Assembly: GCA_001662655.1 (NCBI GenBank)
Contig: KV460208.1
Length of the DNA stretch: 35,780 bases
Origin: Pseudogymnoascus verrucosus
Taxonomy: Eukaryota
Strand: one strand, 5' to 3'
Shown: positions 11,044 to 23,235 of the stretch, in pieces
Layout of the letters: each line of letters starts with the position of its first letter
Numbering within the stretch: position 1 is the stretch's first letter
Translations under genes and position numbers: made by a program
Notes under the pieces: generated by a model
Databases searched by the model: none
Told to the model about the DNA's origin: nothing
Seen by the model: the letters and a program-made list of their open reading frames with translations, nothing else

Positions 11044-11617
11044 GGTTTGAGATGCTGACTTTGATCTGGCGTGATAGGTGGTAATAATTTCTACTGCCGT
11101 TGGGTTGGGAGGATGGATATTGGACTTGGGAGGGAGGGAGAGGGCCTGTATTTATAACTTCCAGCACGTTATCAATCAATGTATCTAATTACCTGATTTT
11201 GGTCTTTTGCATGCAGTATGTCTGGTTGTGATGTGAAAGTTCTAGATTAAGCTGACGTTATTCGTACCCCGCAGTGCCCACCGGGGAGCGCCGGACCGAG
11301 AGCGAGCACTGGTGTGGTCGACTTATTTTGGTGTTAAGCACGAAATGTTCGGATTCTAACCGACGGGTGGATCCGCGATTATGCGGTACAACATCATTGG
11401 ATTGGCATCACTGCTGACTGCCGTAGCTGTATTTTCAAGTGAATTCTTTCGGAATAAGAACAACGGCTTAGTTTATATCAGAATAATTCATTCCTAATTT
11501 TGGCTAGAATACGTAAGGAGGTGCTAACATTCGCTCTTCGCAGTTGTACAATGGAAAGCCAGTACGCTCGCTTCGACTTGAAGCAACTATCCCTCCAACA
11601 AAAAAAACTTAATTCAA

Positions 11618-13039
11618 CTACAACAGTAGTCCGCCACCCAAGAAGCACCCGAGGACAACCATGCCGGCATATGCGACCTTAAAGTCGATAGGGGCAACGA
11701 GTCCGTTAGCGGCAGCCTCAGAGGTCTCTCCAGGGGTGTCGCTAGTGGAGGATCCGGTTCCTGAACGAGTGGTTCCCTCAGACGAGATGCCATCACCTCC
11801 GGAGGTCTGGGAACCAGCTCCTGCCAAGCCTGGTCCCTTTCCAACATCGCTCTTCATGTACTCGGCAGCCTTCTTGGGGATGGTAGGGAGATCCGCAGTA
11901 GTAACGTTCCAGTTCGACGACTTGGCTGGGCACTCGGAGGCCTTGCCCTTGGAGGAAGTGTATCCACCGTCTCCGCTGGGGGATGGGGTGCTGGCAAAGG
12001 CCTTCATCAGGTAGTTGAAGCCAGAGAGCTCAGAGACGGACGTGGTGTCCTTGATCTTGACGAGTCCGTAGCCGGAGCCCTCCTCGGAGTACTCGTAAGC
12101 AAGACCACCAGAGTAGACAGCGGTCATGTCAGTGCTGTACAGGGACTTGACCTCCTCGAACGTACGTGGGCCGGGCTTGATGCAACCGTACTCGGACAGG
12201 AAAATGGGGACTCCGTAGCCGGTGAAGTTCTTGACCTTCTGGTCCCAGCCGGCACCGGTGAAGGTGTTGGGGGCACACCACGAGTAGTCGTTGAAGGCGA
12301 AGAAGTCGCTGCGCTCATCGTCGGAACCGCAGTTCATGTAGTGAGCCATCTCCATGCGGTTCTCAGAAACATCAGCGGCAGAGTATCCGACGGGGATCTG
12401 ACGGAGACCCTTGGCCTTGATGTAGGCGCGCATATCTCTGGTGGTGGCCTTGACGTAGGGTGCAGCCTCAGTGGTGGTGCCGTCGTTGATGACTTCCTGT
12501 ATAATAATTAGCATGAATTGATTTGATCACCTGCGCGAAGAACGTACATTGCCGCTGAAGAAGGCCAAGGTGTTGGTGTACTTGGCGAACTCGTCAATGG
12601 TAGCAAAGAGAGACTGGAGGTAGACAGCGTTGTAAGATGGTTGAGGGTCGGCACGGTTAATGGAGTATTTTGGCGTGCTGGCGTCCAAGACCAAGTAGAT
12701 ACCGGCATCGGCGAGGAGACCCATGCAGGTTGTGTGGTCCTTGCTGTTGTCGACAGTGTAGACACGGACGACGTTGGCTCCCAACTTCTTGAACTCAGCG
12801 ATGTCGCGCCTGCAGATAACATCATCTGCGAGGGGGTCCTTCGCGTCGGAAGCTCCGCCAGGCTGGTAATCGATACCGCGGATGTAGAAGCGCTCGCTGC
12901 CCTTGAAGAAGGCGTTACCCTTCACGGTGATGGCCTCGAGAGTTGCTCTCGGCCTCAGGTCGTTGGGGGAAACGTTGCTAGGCGCGGCAATGACGCTGGT
13001 GGCGAAGGCCAACGCGGCGGCCATGGTGAAAGACTTCAT
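11618..13039 (-). CDS. gel1: GH72 beta-1,3-glucanosyltransferase, GPI-anchored, no CBM43/X8 domain (Gel1/Gas5 type); 2 exons, ~456 aa
   Basis: Exons 13039-12548 and 12496-11618. Signal peptide MKSFTMAAALAFATSVIA; ITVKGNAFF, RFYIRGIDYQPGG, catalytic FFSGN|E and LSEYGC, NDYSWC, YSGGLAYEY; Ser/Thr-rich linker and hydrophobic GPI tail. Confidence 0.95.
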
Positions 13040-13920
13040 CTTGAAGATTTTGGTGATGAAAGAGGTTTGGATTGGGGAGTATAATGGGATTTGTTTGTTG
13101 TTGCGTTGCGCGAGCCCGAAAGGAGTGAGGGACGGCGAGGGTGAATTAAAAGACGTAAACAAGACACACGATGACCACAACGAATGAGTTGGCCAGTGGT
13201 ATATAAAAAAAAAGATAAGAACGAGTGAAAGACGAGCAAAAAAGACGCTCGAATGTCAAGAAGGGTTGTTTGAGGGAGGAATACAAAGGGTTGGAGGGAA
13301 AACGGGGGACGTCACTGTTATAACGTCCAGCCAGAGCGCAGGAGGAGGAGGGAGAGACAGGACGGAACCCACACTAGAGGGAGGGAAGCTGGGTGCAACC
13401 TCTCAGGAGGTGGAAGTACCCATCAGCTAAGAAATGGTAACAGCCTCGTACTGTCTACTCACTGTTTTGGAGTATTTTGTCACATTTTCGTACTATGACG
13501 AGCCGTGTACGAGCCGTGTTGTAGGTGTTGCACGAGAGCGAGGACGGGAATGGACGTGTACTCTGTACTCGAACATGTCTAAGAGGTACAACCAGCCCAG
13601 GAACTGGAACACTGCCGCCCCATACTTTTGATCCACTACGGGATCGATCGGTGGTCTACAGTCGGTGTGTAGTCGGGGATCGTCCAAGCTTCATAGGGGA
13701 GTAAATTGGGAGAAGCCATGGGAAGTTATGAGTGGGGGAGGGGGAGGATATGGGGGAGATAGATGGAGGAGACGGGATGAGGAGCGTGGAGATGGAGAAA
13801 AGGGTAACGGACTGCTATACGCCAACGACATACGCTGACGACAACACTACAAGAGAACGCGTACAGTGGACTTCCAGAGTACGCGATGCGCGACGCATGT
13901 GTGTGTTGTTGCACAATAAA

Positions 13921-13950
13921 GTGCAGTGCCGTGCAGTGCCGTGCAGTGCA
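13921..13950. repeat. Short tandem repeat (GTGCAGTGCC)x3 in the gel1 upstream region
   Basis: gtgcagtgcc gtgcagtgcc gtgcagtgca read directly. Confidence 0.8.
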
Positions 13951-14837
13951 GCCAGGTACTGTACAGCGCAGTGCGGGCCAGTAGAGAATGTCGAAATTGT
14001 TAGAAACTGTCTTGGAACGACTCTCGCAGCGACTCTTGGAGCGACATGTTGTTCGCCACTTCCAGCCTTGCACTGCCCCCTCCTTATGCGATGTTGGTGG
14101 TGTGTGTTGACCTGGATTGTCCTTGGATTGTCCTTGGTATATTCCCGGATATGGATGGATGGTGGTGGACGGTTATCAAGGAAATCTTCATTTCCCCCGT
14201 CTCCGTGGCTCCATCGACTCCATCCGCGCGCATAACTAGGCGTTCATAGCCATAATTAGTACACACTTTACTCTCGTGGTATGGCATAGTACAAGCGAGA
14301 TCGTCGATCTCAGAACGCCACTGATGCTTAGCTGTGTTCCAAACAAACGACGACCCGCTCTCCACCAAATCCACCAAATCCACCAAACTCTCCACTGATC
14401 ACTTGGCAAAGTGGCCTATGTGAGGCCCGAGTGGACTCCAGTCTATCACAAGTGGGCTTCAGGTACGCCCTAGGGTATCAGAGTTACAGATTACCATGGC
14501 TGATTGGATCAAGCAGAAACAGATTTGACCTCAAACAAGCCAACATCACTGACGATGCTAATTCAGGCCGTTATGGGGATTGACACGATCGGCAGGCACT
14601 GGGGTCGGGTCCGCCGTGACATCACTTTTGCGAGGCTCAACTTGCTAGGGGTCACGACAATACGGAGCAGGATGGCCAAAGTTAGTACCAACGGAGTATT
14701 ATACAAAAACTGATCGCATGGACTGTGCTGAACTCTTCGAACCCTTACATACAGTACTCTACAGAAAGTACGTACTACGCGCTCTCTTTCGCTCGTGATA
14801 AACAACAACAACAACAGATGCCTCCAGAGGCCGTCCT

Positions 14838-17186
14838 CTATACAAGCTGTACATAGTTGGCTGGTACGCTTTTGGTAACCCCTCCCCGCTCCACCTCCGA
14901 CCAACCATCCCCGGGGTCCTCTTTGATGAGGACAAATCTATCGCCCTCCAGCATGTTGTGCTCCGCATCGCTCTGTGCCGTGTAATCATAGAGAGCCTCA
15001 ACGTATCGAAGCTTTCTCGCGCCGCGTTTAGGGGCCACCGCGGGTCCCTGCTTCTTGCTCACACTGCCGGCAACCGACGATCCCGAGTTGGAGTGTGTAG
15101 ATCCAGGGCGTGCTGCAGATAGCGCAGGGGACGGCGAAGGCATCATTTCGAGGTATGACCCTGGAACGAGCCCTTCCCTGAATCCTGACTTGACCTTCAC
15201 CCACCCAGAGCCATCTACTACAAAGTCAGCGTAAATCCACAAGAGCAATCAAACAAACATACCATCAGGCTCCGTGATAGTAACCTCATCTCCCTCACCA
15301 ACAGAGATCTCGCCTTCACCGCTCGCATCGTAAGCGTAGAGCATCTTCCCTCTTGGCTCCGATGATCGTACCCCTAGTCCGCCCGATGCCCCATTCGCAC
15401 TACTCCCTGGCAGCTCACTGATATAGCTCGTCGGGGGAGGCGCAACGATGCGCGCCTTTCGTAATGTCCCGGCCGGCTTTGAGCTTCGATCTGGTAATTG
15501 TGGTTCTGCCGTTGGTGACTGCGGGCCTCCTCTCGTGACGGAGCGGTTTGCGCTCGCTGCATACCCGGAACTCAACGAGTTCATCGTGTTTGACCTACTG
15601 AGCGGCGCTGGTAACTCGGAAGGCATATCACCATTCCCAGCCACCGAGGGAGTCTTCCCGTGACCTCCGCCCTCTTGCCTACTTGCCTTGAGCTTCTTCT
15701 TCTCATCTTTGCTCTGCTCCCCTGGGCACTCGGCAGGAACCTTCATTTCGCACTTGCTGTGGCACGTGTACCCACAATCGCGGCAGTCGAAGCCCTTCGC
15801 TGAAAGGCCCCAGATCCTCTCTCCGCAGAGGTCGCAGTTCGTCGGAATCTTGAACGTCTGTGATTTGAAGTTGTGGTTCTTCGCTCCTATCGTAAGGTCA
15901 CCAATCGTAGTCGTAATCGTGGTTGTTTCGACCTCGACATTTAGCCTCTTGTGATCGGAATCGTGGAGGTTCTCTTGCGCTATGAGCAGCTGCGACCAAA
16001 CCACAACCTCATCCCTCTTATCCTTGCCCTCTCGAACAGCCTGCTGAACCCGCTTCAACCCTTCTACTTCCTTTCTCCTCATATCGACGTCTCTACGTAG
16101 GTCTCCCAGCTGGCCCTTGCTCTTGTTGAGCATATTCCGTAGGAAGACCTTTGCGGGTTCATCCACAATCATGGAGTCATCATCGTGCCATACGGGGCTG
16201 GGCTCGAATGTCTTATTGACCGGCTCTTGCCACGGCGCAGCATTGTGCCGGACAAACATCATGGTGTCCAACGTGGGAATGTTTCTCGGGATTTCCTGTG
16301 CGAGGTAATTGATGATATCTGTGCTTCTCTTGATCATTCCAAGCTCCAACGATGCAGCTAGGGACCACAGCCCGTTTAGTTTTGTCGTTCGAGCCTCGTT
16401 CAAATCCTGAAGGCCATCTAGTACATCCGGGACATACTCATGATAGTACATTTCCTGTTGCTTGTTCGTGGCCCGGATGGCGATTAGGTATGTGTTTTTG
16501 GCATTGTTCATTTCCAAGAGTTGCTGCTGATACGAATTTTGCGCTTTGGCCTTTGAATAGTCGAATGCCGACTCTGCCTTCTTCCGCTTGTTCTCGACTT
16601 CCTGGCATGCCGCGTCGTATTTAGCCTTGGTCTTCTTCAGGTCACTGTATGTAGAGTCGCGCTCTTTCTCCAATTTATCCGCATAATCGGCGTGGCGTTT
16701 CCGGATATCTTCATACCTGAGCCCGAGATTTCGCAGGGGCTCTGCAACATTTTGGACCAACTCGTTCCCGTATCGGTCGTGCTCGGCTGCCCGCGATTCA
16801 AGCGTCGTAAGCTGCGTGGTCCAGGTTGTCAGGGAAGCACTGAGACGTTAGCATAATCCAAAAACTCAATCGTATGACCAACCTCTCCAAAGACCCAGGA
16901 GTCATTGCCGGCGTATCGCCAACACTTAGCGTGCCGGACTTCTTCGCCTTCTTCTCGAAGTACTTCTTTGCCAGGACATTGAGTTTGGCGGCATATTCCT
17001 TCTCGATCACACTCCGCTCTCGGTAAAATTGCTGTATATCGTCGAGCCATGAGATGCCCTGTGACACCCAAGAGTTGACTGGTTTAAATGCATCCTGGAC
17101 GAGTAAGTATTGGCGTGGACAAACGACATGGCAAATCAAACCTTGAGCTCGGCCCCAAAGCTGGGAGCTATTTGTACATCGGCCAT
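14838..17186 (-). CDS. BZZ1: Bzz1: F-BAR + C1 zinc finger + two SH3 domains, actin/endocytosis regulator; 4 exons, ~736 aa
   Basis: Exons 17186-17142, 17094-16883, 16839-15263, 15214-14838. SFGAELK-DAFK, FYRERSVIEKEYA (FCH), HNFKSQTFKIPTNCDLCGERIWG..CRDCGYTCHSKC (C1), SH3 motifs MLYAYDA..GW..GLVPGSY and ALYDYTA..DGW..SVPANYV. Confidence 0.95.
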
Positions 17187-17765
17187 GGCCGGCGGGAGTC
17201 AGCTTAGAGATGCGGTCTGGTTTCATGGAGATTTTGAGGCATCCCCTAGTCTCATTGCTGGTGCATGCGTATATGTTGGCAACAGTGATACGAAGTGCCA
17301 GGGCGACTGGAGTTGAATGATGATTACCCCACCAAACCAAAACTAGGCGCTGATTGATGGCTGAGGTGTGGCTCATCGGCGTCTCTGGGGATTCGGGCCG
17401 CCGTCACTCCAGTTGTTCGTTGGCTTCTAAGCCCCCCGGAGATATATTGTTCCGCGCCTGTTCCTATGACACCGGCGCTATTCCCAATACAGGATTCCCA
17501 AAAGAAACCCCACCATCTTCGCGAGCTTTAAGAATACAGGCAGCATTGAATCAACTCATTCTCTCCAACATACATCGACATATTCATTGCGCGTCGCGTT
17601 CACTCATACGAGCTACGCCGTTGATTTTGTTACCACCAATTATCGCGATATCTGGGTTGAGGGCATCTCGGACCTCACCGCCACCCCACTTCAAAGACTT
17701 GGCAGACTTGCCTGTTACAAAACGAGCCCCGAAGCAAAGACTTGTCGACATCTACCAACCCTGAA

Positions 17766-19423
17766 ATGTCGACTCCAGGCTCAGATCAAAAGCCCTCGGG
17801 ATCGCTCGCAGATCGCATCTCGCAGCCCCCAAAGAATGCTGACGCGCCAGCTGCCGCTCCCGCCACCGACGAGACCAAAGCAAAGACCTCGTGGGCAGAC
17901 GAGGTTGCGTCGCCACCTGCTGAATCGCCCAAAGATGTAGACAAGGCTCAGGTTGATGGCAGCACCGAGCACCAGGGCGGATCTGCCTTGCTTCCAGCGG
18001 GAGAGTACGAGGTGGAAGTGAAGCTCAGCGACATCCAAGGCGACACCTCTAGCCCTCTGTACTCCATCAACTCGTTTGAGGAGTTGGGAATGTAAGGAAG
18101 CCTGATTATATTGTAATTGATTTCAATGCTAACAAACACAGTTCCGAACAGATCTTGAAGGGAATCTACTCAATGAACTTCAAAAAGCCATCCAAGATCC
18201 AGGAGAAGGCCCTCCCGCTTCTCCTCGCCAACCCACCATCCAACATGATTGCGCAGTCCCAGTCCGGAACTGGCAAAACCGCTGCATTCGTCCTTACGAT
18301 CCTCTCTCGTATCGATTATAGCTTGAAGCAGCCACAGGCCTTGGTCCTGGCACCGAGTCGAGAGCTTGCCCGCCAGATCGAAGGTGTTATCCGTACTATT
18401 GGGCAATTCGTTCCCGATCTGGTGGTTCAGGCGGCAGTTCCAGGCTCTGTGGAGAAGGGAAAGAGACTTGAGGGTCAAGTGGTTGTTGGAACCCCAGGAA
18501 CTGTCATGGATTTGATTAAGAGGAGGCAATTCGATGTTAGCAAGGCCAGCCTTTTGTGCTTGGATGAGGCAGACAACATGCTTGATCAGCAGGGTCTTGG
18601 AGACCAATGTCTCCGTGTCAAGCAGTGAGTGCCATCATTCCCCTTTAATATTACCAACTAACAAATTAGCCTGCTCCCAAACCTCACTCAGATCCTACTC
18701 TTCTCGGCTACCTTCCCCGAGGAAGTCATGCAATACGCGAGAAAGTTCAGCCCCAAGGCGAACGAGATCAAGCTTAAGCACGAAGAGCTCACCGTCGCTG
18801 GAATCAGTCAGATGTTTATGGACTGCCCTTCGGAGGATGGAAAGTACGATATTCTCGTCAAGCTGTACGGTCTCATGACTATTGGATCGTCGATCATTTT
18901 CGTCAAGGTATGTTGTTTGAACTGTTTAGATGACATGTTTACTGACACAATATAGAAACGAGAGACTGCCAGCAGAATCGAGAAGGCCATGATCGCTGAT
19001 GGCCACCAAGTCGCCGCTCTCCACGGAGCCTTTGAGGGCGCAGAGCGTGACTCCATCATCGACAAGTTCAGATCTGGAGAAGCCAAGATCCTCATCACCA
19101 CCAACGTTCTCGCCCGTGGAATCGATGTGCAGTCCGTGTCCATGGTCATCAACTACGACATCCCGATGAAGGGCCGCAATGAGACCGAACCCGACTTCGA
19201 GACCTACCTCCATCGTATTGGGCGCACTGGGCGATTCGGACGTGTGGGTGTCAGCATCAGTTTCGTGTTTGACAAGAAGAGCTTCATGGCGCTCAAGGCT
19301 ATCGCGGAGCACTACGGCATCGATCTGATCAAGCTGAACTGGGAGGACTGGGATGAGACGGAGGATATCGTGCAGCGCGTCATCAAGTCGAGCCGCGCGG
19401 GTACAAATTTCAAGGGCAACTGA
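17766..19423 (+). CDS. DBP5: Dbp5 DEAD-box RNA helicase (mRNA export); 4 exons, ~504 aa
   Basis: Exons 17766-18091, 18142-18624, 18670-18907, 18956-19423. [87 protein letters not shown]. Confidence 0.97.
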
Positions 19424-20419
19424 TTATATGGGGGGTGGATTGATACCAGGCAGGATATGAAAAAAATGTCATTGATGAGATGGAAACTGTGGATATGCCT
19501 ATAGAAATAGCTCTGGTCGGCAGGGGATAGTGGGTGGAGGGGGTGATTCTGCCGCGGGCGTTTAATGTATAGAGCTGCGCTATTGCCACAGCTGATAGCA
19601 TGGATCTGATCTGATCTGTACTTGAGACAGAATAGAATAGCGAGTGCCGACTTGTTTCCGAATAAACAAGATGCTATAGCCACGTGATGAAGTGTACCTG
19701 ATTTACAACATGAAGTTTGGTGTGATGGCGAGCTGGGACGGGGGTTCGTTCAGTCTGTGCTCGCGTGTCAATGGTGAAACCGTCAGAGCCCGTAGTGAAA
19801 CCCGCCCCCTCAGTCTAGTGCTCTTAGTTTGGACGAGCGCGAAAGTACGTCTGTGTGGAGCCATGCGTTGGCAACCAAACCCAACGTCTATTTTTGGGCG
19901 GTGAGTGTTGCCACGTGAGACAGTGATATTTCTCCGTCGTGCACGTCGATTCGTGGGTCCAGACCATGTCTCGCGGAGGAAGGCATCATCCACTGTCTGA
20001 AAGCGGGGGAATCCCGAGTGATAGTCATCGATGCGATGCCGACTCTTCCTTGCTGGCCGGGGGGAGGAGAGGAGGGAAGGGAAGGGAAGGGATATTCTGC
20101 AAAGCGCGTCCGGGTATGTCGAGTAATTGGCTCACAGGACGATGGCAGACTACGATTGGCGTCAAAACCGGTTCTGGACGGCTTGAATGGACGGTGAGCG
20201 GCCACGACAGCAGGGCCCCAGTTACGCGACAATGCAGTCAGCCTGCACGGCGAGCGTTGATCGGTTGATGGTGGCTTGGAGGTTTTGGGGGGTGGTCACC
20301 AACGAGAGGCCGTGGAAGCGGTAGAGGCGGCTCGATGGTAGGGTGATTGGGCCAACGCGCTGCAGGTGCGGGATGGGCATGCCTTGCATGGAAGCGCCGG
20401 GAGTCTGAATGAGGCAACG

Positions 20420-22440
20420 ATTGAAGGGGGAGGGGTGTGAGATGGGGTGTGAGATGGGAGGAAATGGGGGGTGGGTTGGGGTCTCACAGGGGGGCGAGAA
20501 CGAGCTGGATTTCCGAACTGTGTGACGGTCGGTCAGGATGGTACGGAGTAAGTAGGAGGTGTGTACAGAATGGAGAGTGTGCATCTGGATGCTTCGTACG
20601 GAGGATAGATGGGGCATCACGACGTTGATGTGACGGAGGACATAGGGGAGGCTTGTAGCACCTGTAACAAGCGGCCACGAGGGAGGGGAGAGGGAGGGGG
20701 TGAGTATTGAGTATGGAGTATTGAGTATGGCATGGATGCTGCTTTGGTGAGATCTCGTACATTGACATGGACATGGATATGGATATGGGTGTAGATATGA
20801 ACCTCCTCGAGCAGTTCATCTGTGTGATTCAACCCGATGTAGACATAGATATTGGTGCCGCCGACGCAGCCGAAAGCAGCGATGCCATTCGACAGAACGC
20901 GTCCCTCTTTTTTGGCGTGGTTGTCGTAGTTGGCGTGTTTTGGCGTGGCTAAGGTTGGCTAAGAGGGGGCGATTGTGTAGTGGGAGCATGTGATTGGCTT
21001 GGGGGGTTTGGGTAGGGGGAGGAGAGAGGAGAGAGGAGAGAGGAGAGAGAGACGAGAGGAGGTGACGCAGAGTGGTGGAGGGAGTAATACTTCTGAGGGT
21101 GGGTGTGAGTGTGAGGGTGCGCAGGGGGAAAGCAGGGGGTGCGGGTCCAAGCCCTCCACTGTTTGAGACAGAATGGGTTGGGGGGGGGGGAGGGGGGTGT
21201 GAATGGAGGGTGTGGTGTTAGAGAGGGATAAAATTGTATGTTCATGTGTGTATGTGTGTATGTGTGTACAGAGGGGTATGGTTGTTCCCTGGTATGGGAT
21301 ATGGTTGGATATTGATGGTATGGAAATGGAATGGATATGGAATGGATATGGAATAGATATGGTATGGTATGGCACTCGACTATGGTACTGTGATATGGTG
21401 CTGTGGTCATAGATGGTACTGTGGTAATAGATGGCACTCTGGTATGGTAATGTTCAAGACACGGTTGAGAAACTACAGACACGGTACTGTTGTGGTAGTG
21501 GTAGGGCTGGGAGATGCTAATTTCGCCATGGGAGACGGGAGAAGCTTGATGAGGAATGCGATTGCCCGTGTTCCGTATTTGATATTTGCACACACTACAA
21601 TGTTCGGGTATTCCGACAGCAACAACAACAAACTCTCCGTTCTTAGGGGAACCCTAACTCAGACTGTCGTATGCTATCATTCACTTACGACCACTACAAC
21701 TCCGTAGAGTAAGCCTACGACCACCCCTACAACCACCACTACCTAATGCAACCTGCAATGCAAAGAGGGTGCAGATGTATATCTGCACACCTCTCCACAC
21801 CTCTACACACACACATCCATCTCTGCACACCTCCACACACACACACACACACATCCATCCCTCCCTCGCTCACCGCCTTCCCGCCTCGCTTCTCTCGCTT
21901 ACTTGAAATAGCTAGAAATAGAGTGCTGCACCTCCTCTCCGGTCCTCTCCCATCCTCTGCCTCTCACGGGATCTCGTGCTTCGACCAATCACCGTCCACC
22001 CCTCTCGATTCCTCCTGCCACAAACTAATCTCGCCACCCACCCCCCAGAAACCCTGAACGAGCCAATACCAATACTTCCACCCTACTCCCACCCCCCCCC
22101 CCCCTCTTCTCAACCCTTTGGGCCTTAGTATGAAAGTACGTACAACACTCTACAGGGAAGTTGTCAAAGTTGTGTATACTGTGTATACTGTACTGTGTAT
22201 ACTCTAAACACACCCCCCCTCCCCCTAACCTTCTTACCCTTCTCTCTCCCGTCAGTAGACTGTCCCAATTCCCATTTCGCACCCATCGACTCCACACACA
22301 TCCTCCTCACTCATCTTTCTCTTCCCTCTTCTCACTAATACAGCCACACTTTCCACCTTCCTTCTCTCTCTTCTTCAGCTCTCTCCTCCCTCTCGTCTCT
22401 TCCCCTTCCCATTGCGTCGCCCTTCCTCTCGTCGTCGTCG
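20420..22440. repeat. Low-complexity/microsatellite-rich intergenic block: (GAGAG)n, (GGATAT)n, (TATGG)n, (TG)/(CA)n, long G and C homopolymers
   Basis: Examples: GAGTATTGAGTATG x2 near 20702, GAGAG array ~21019-21060, G-run 21180-21190, ATGGA/TATGG array ~21296-21372, CA array ~21834-21852, C-run 22092-22104. Confidence 0.8.
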
Positions 22441-23235
22441 AGTTTTCTATAGGCCCATTCAGATTCGAGAAAGTAAAAACAAAAACTTCGTCGCTCTCAT
22501 CTGTCCTCAACTTCTACAGCCAGCTACCTTCTTTCCTGAGCTAGTCGCTTGAGGCCGAAATACAAAATCCCGTTCGACAAAAATTGTAGAGAGTCCCGCT
22601 AGAGACAGATTCTCGTGGGCATTCGCATTCCGCATCGCGACTGAGACACCACCAGCTTCCATCGAAACTCCCGACCTTCATTCATCGACCGGCGCGACTC
22701 GAGTGCTCGACCTCATTCCTGCTCTTTGAGAGACGCTTTTCTTCCTCGCTGTCCTTTGTGATCTTTCGTTGTGTCGCCCGTCGGCTGCAAGAAACAAACA
22801 TCTTATACATCCACCACACAGCGCCATTCATTCGATACTGACTATTCAACTCTGTTCAACTTCGCCCTCGAATCGACGGCTCTCTAATACACATAGCAAT
22901 CAGCACATAATTTGTCGCAGCATTTTCTTCTTCGTTCGCCGTTTGGTGTCTCTTTTACCGACCCAACTTGGAAATTCACACGCTATATTCACTTTTCGCC
23001 TTCCACAGATTAACATCTGAGATTCACTTGGACTCGACAATTCACACTTCTTGCGCGCATTCACACTATTGCGATAATTCTCAGCAGTCTTGCATATTGA
23101 CTTGAGCCTGAACTCACGCCTAATTTCTCTAATTCAACTTCGGAGCACGCGTTACCTTCGCACTCTCCTCACTTCACTTTGAAAGATACAACAAAACAAA
23201 ACACTGTACATTACCTCCATAAAACAACATTGAGT

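Noticed and set aside
13180..14837. Short ORFs and small direct repeats upstream of gel1
   Set aside because: Non-coding-like composition; the repeats are 2-3 copy slippage products typical of a long fungal promoter and the BZZ1 3' UTR.
15212..15220. TAGTAG tandem acceptor in the last BZZ1 intron
   Set aside because: Would change a single residue; common and of no evident significance.
17180..17191. 12-bp palindrome CGGCCATGGCCG over the BZZ1 start codon
   Set aside because: Explained by GCC-ATG-GCC start-codon context.
19692..22544. Many 60-214 aa ORFs in the large intergenic region (e.g. 20949..21593)
   Set aside because: Translations are His/Pro/Thr/Ser low-complexity products of microsatellites, with no coherent splice model or domain.
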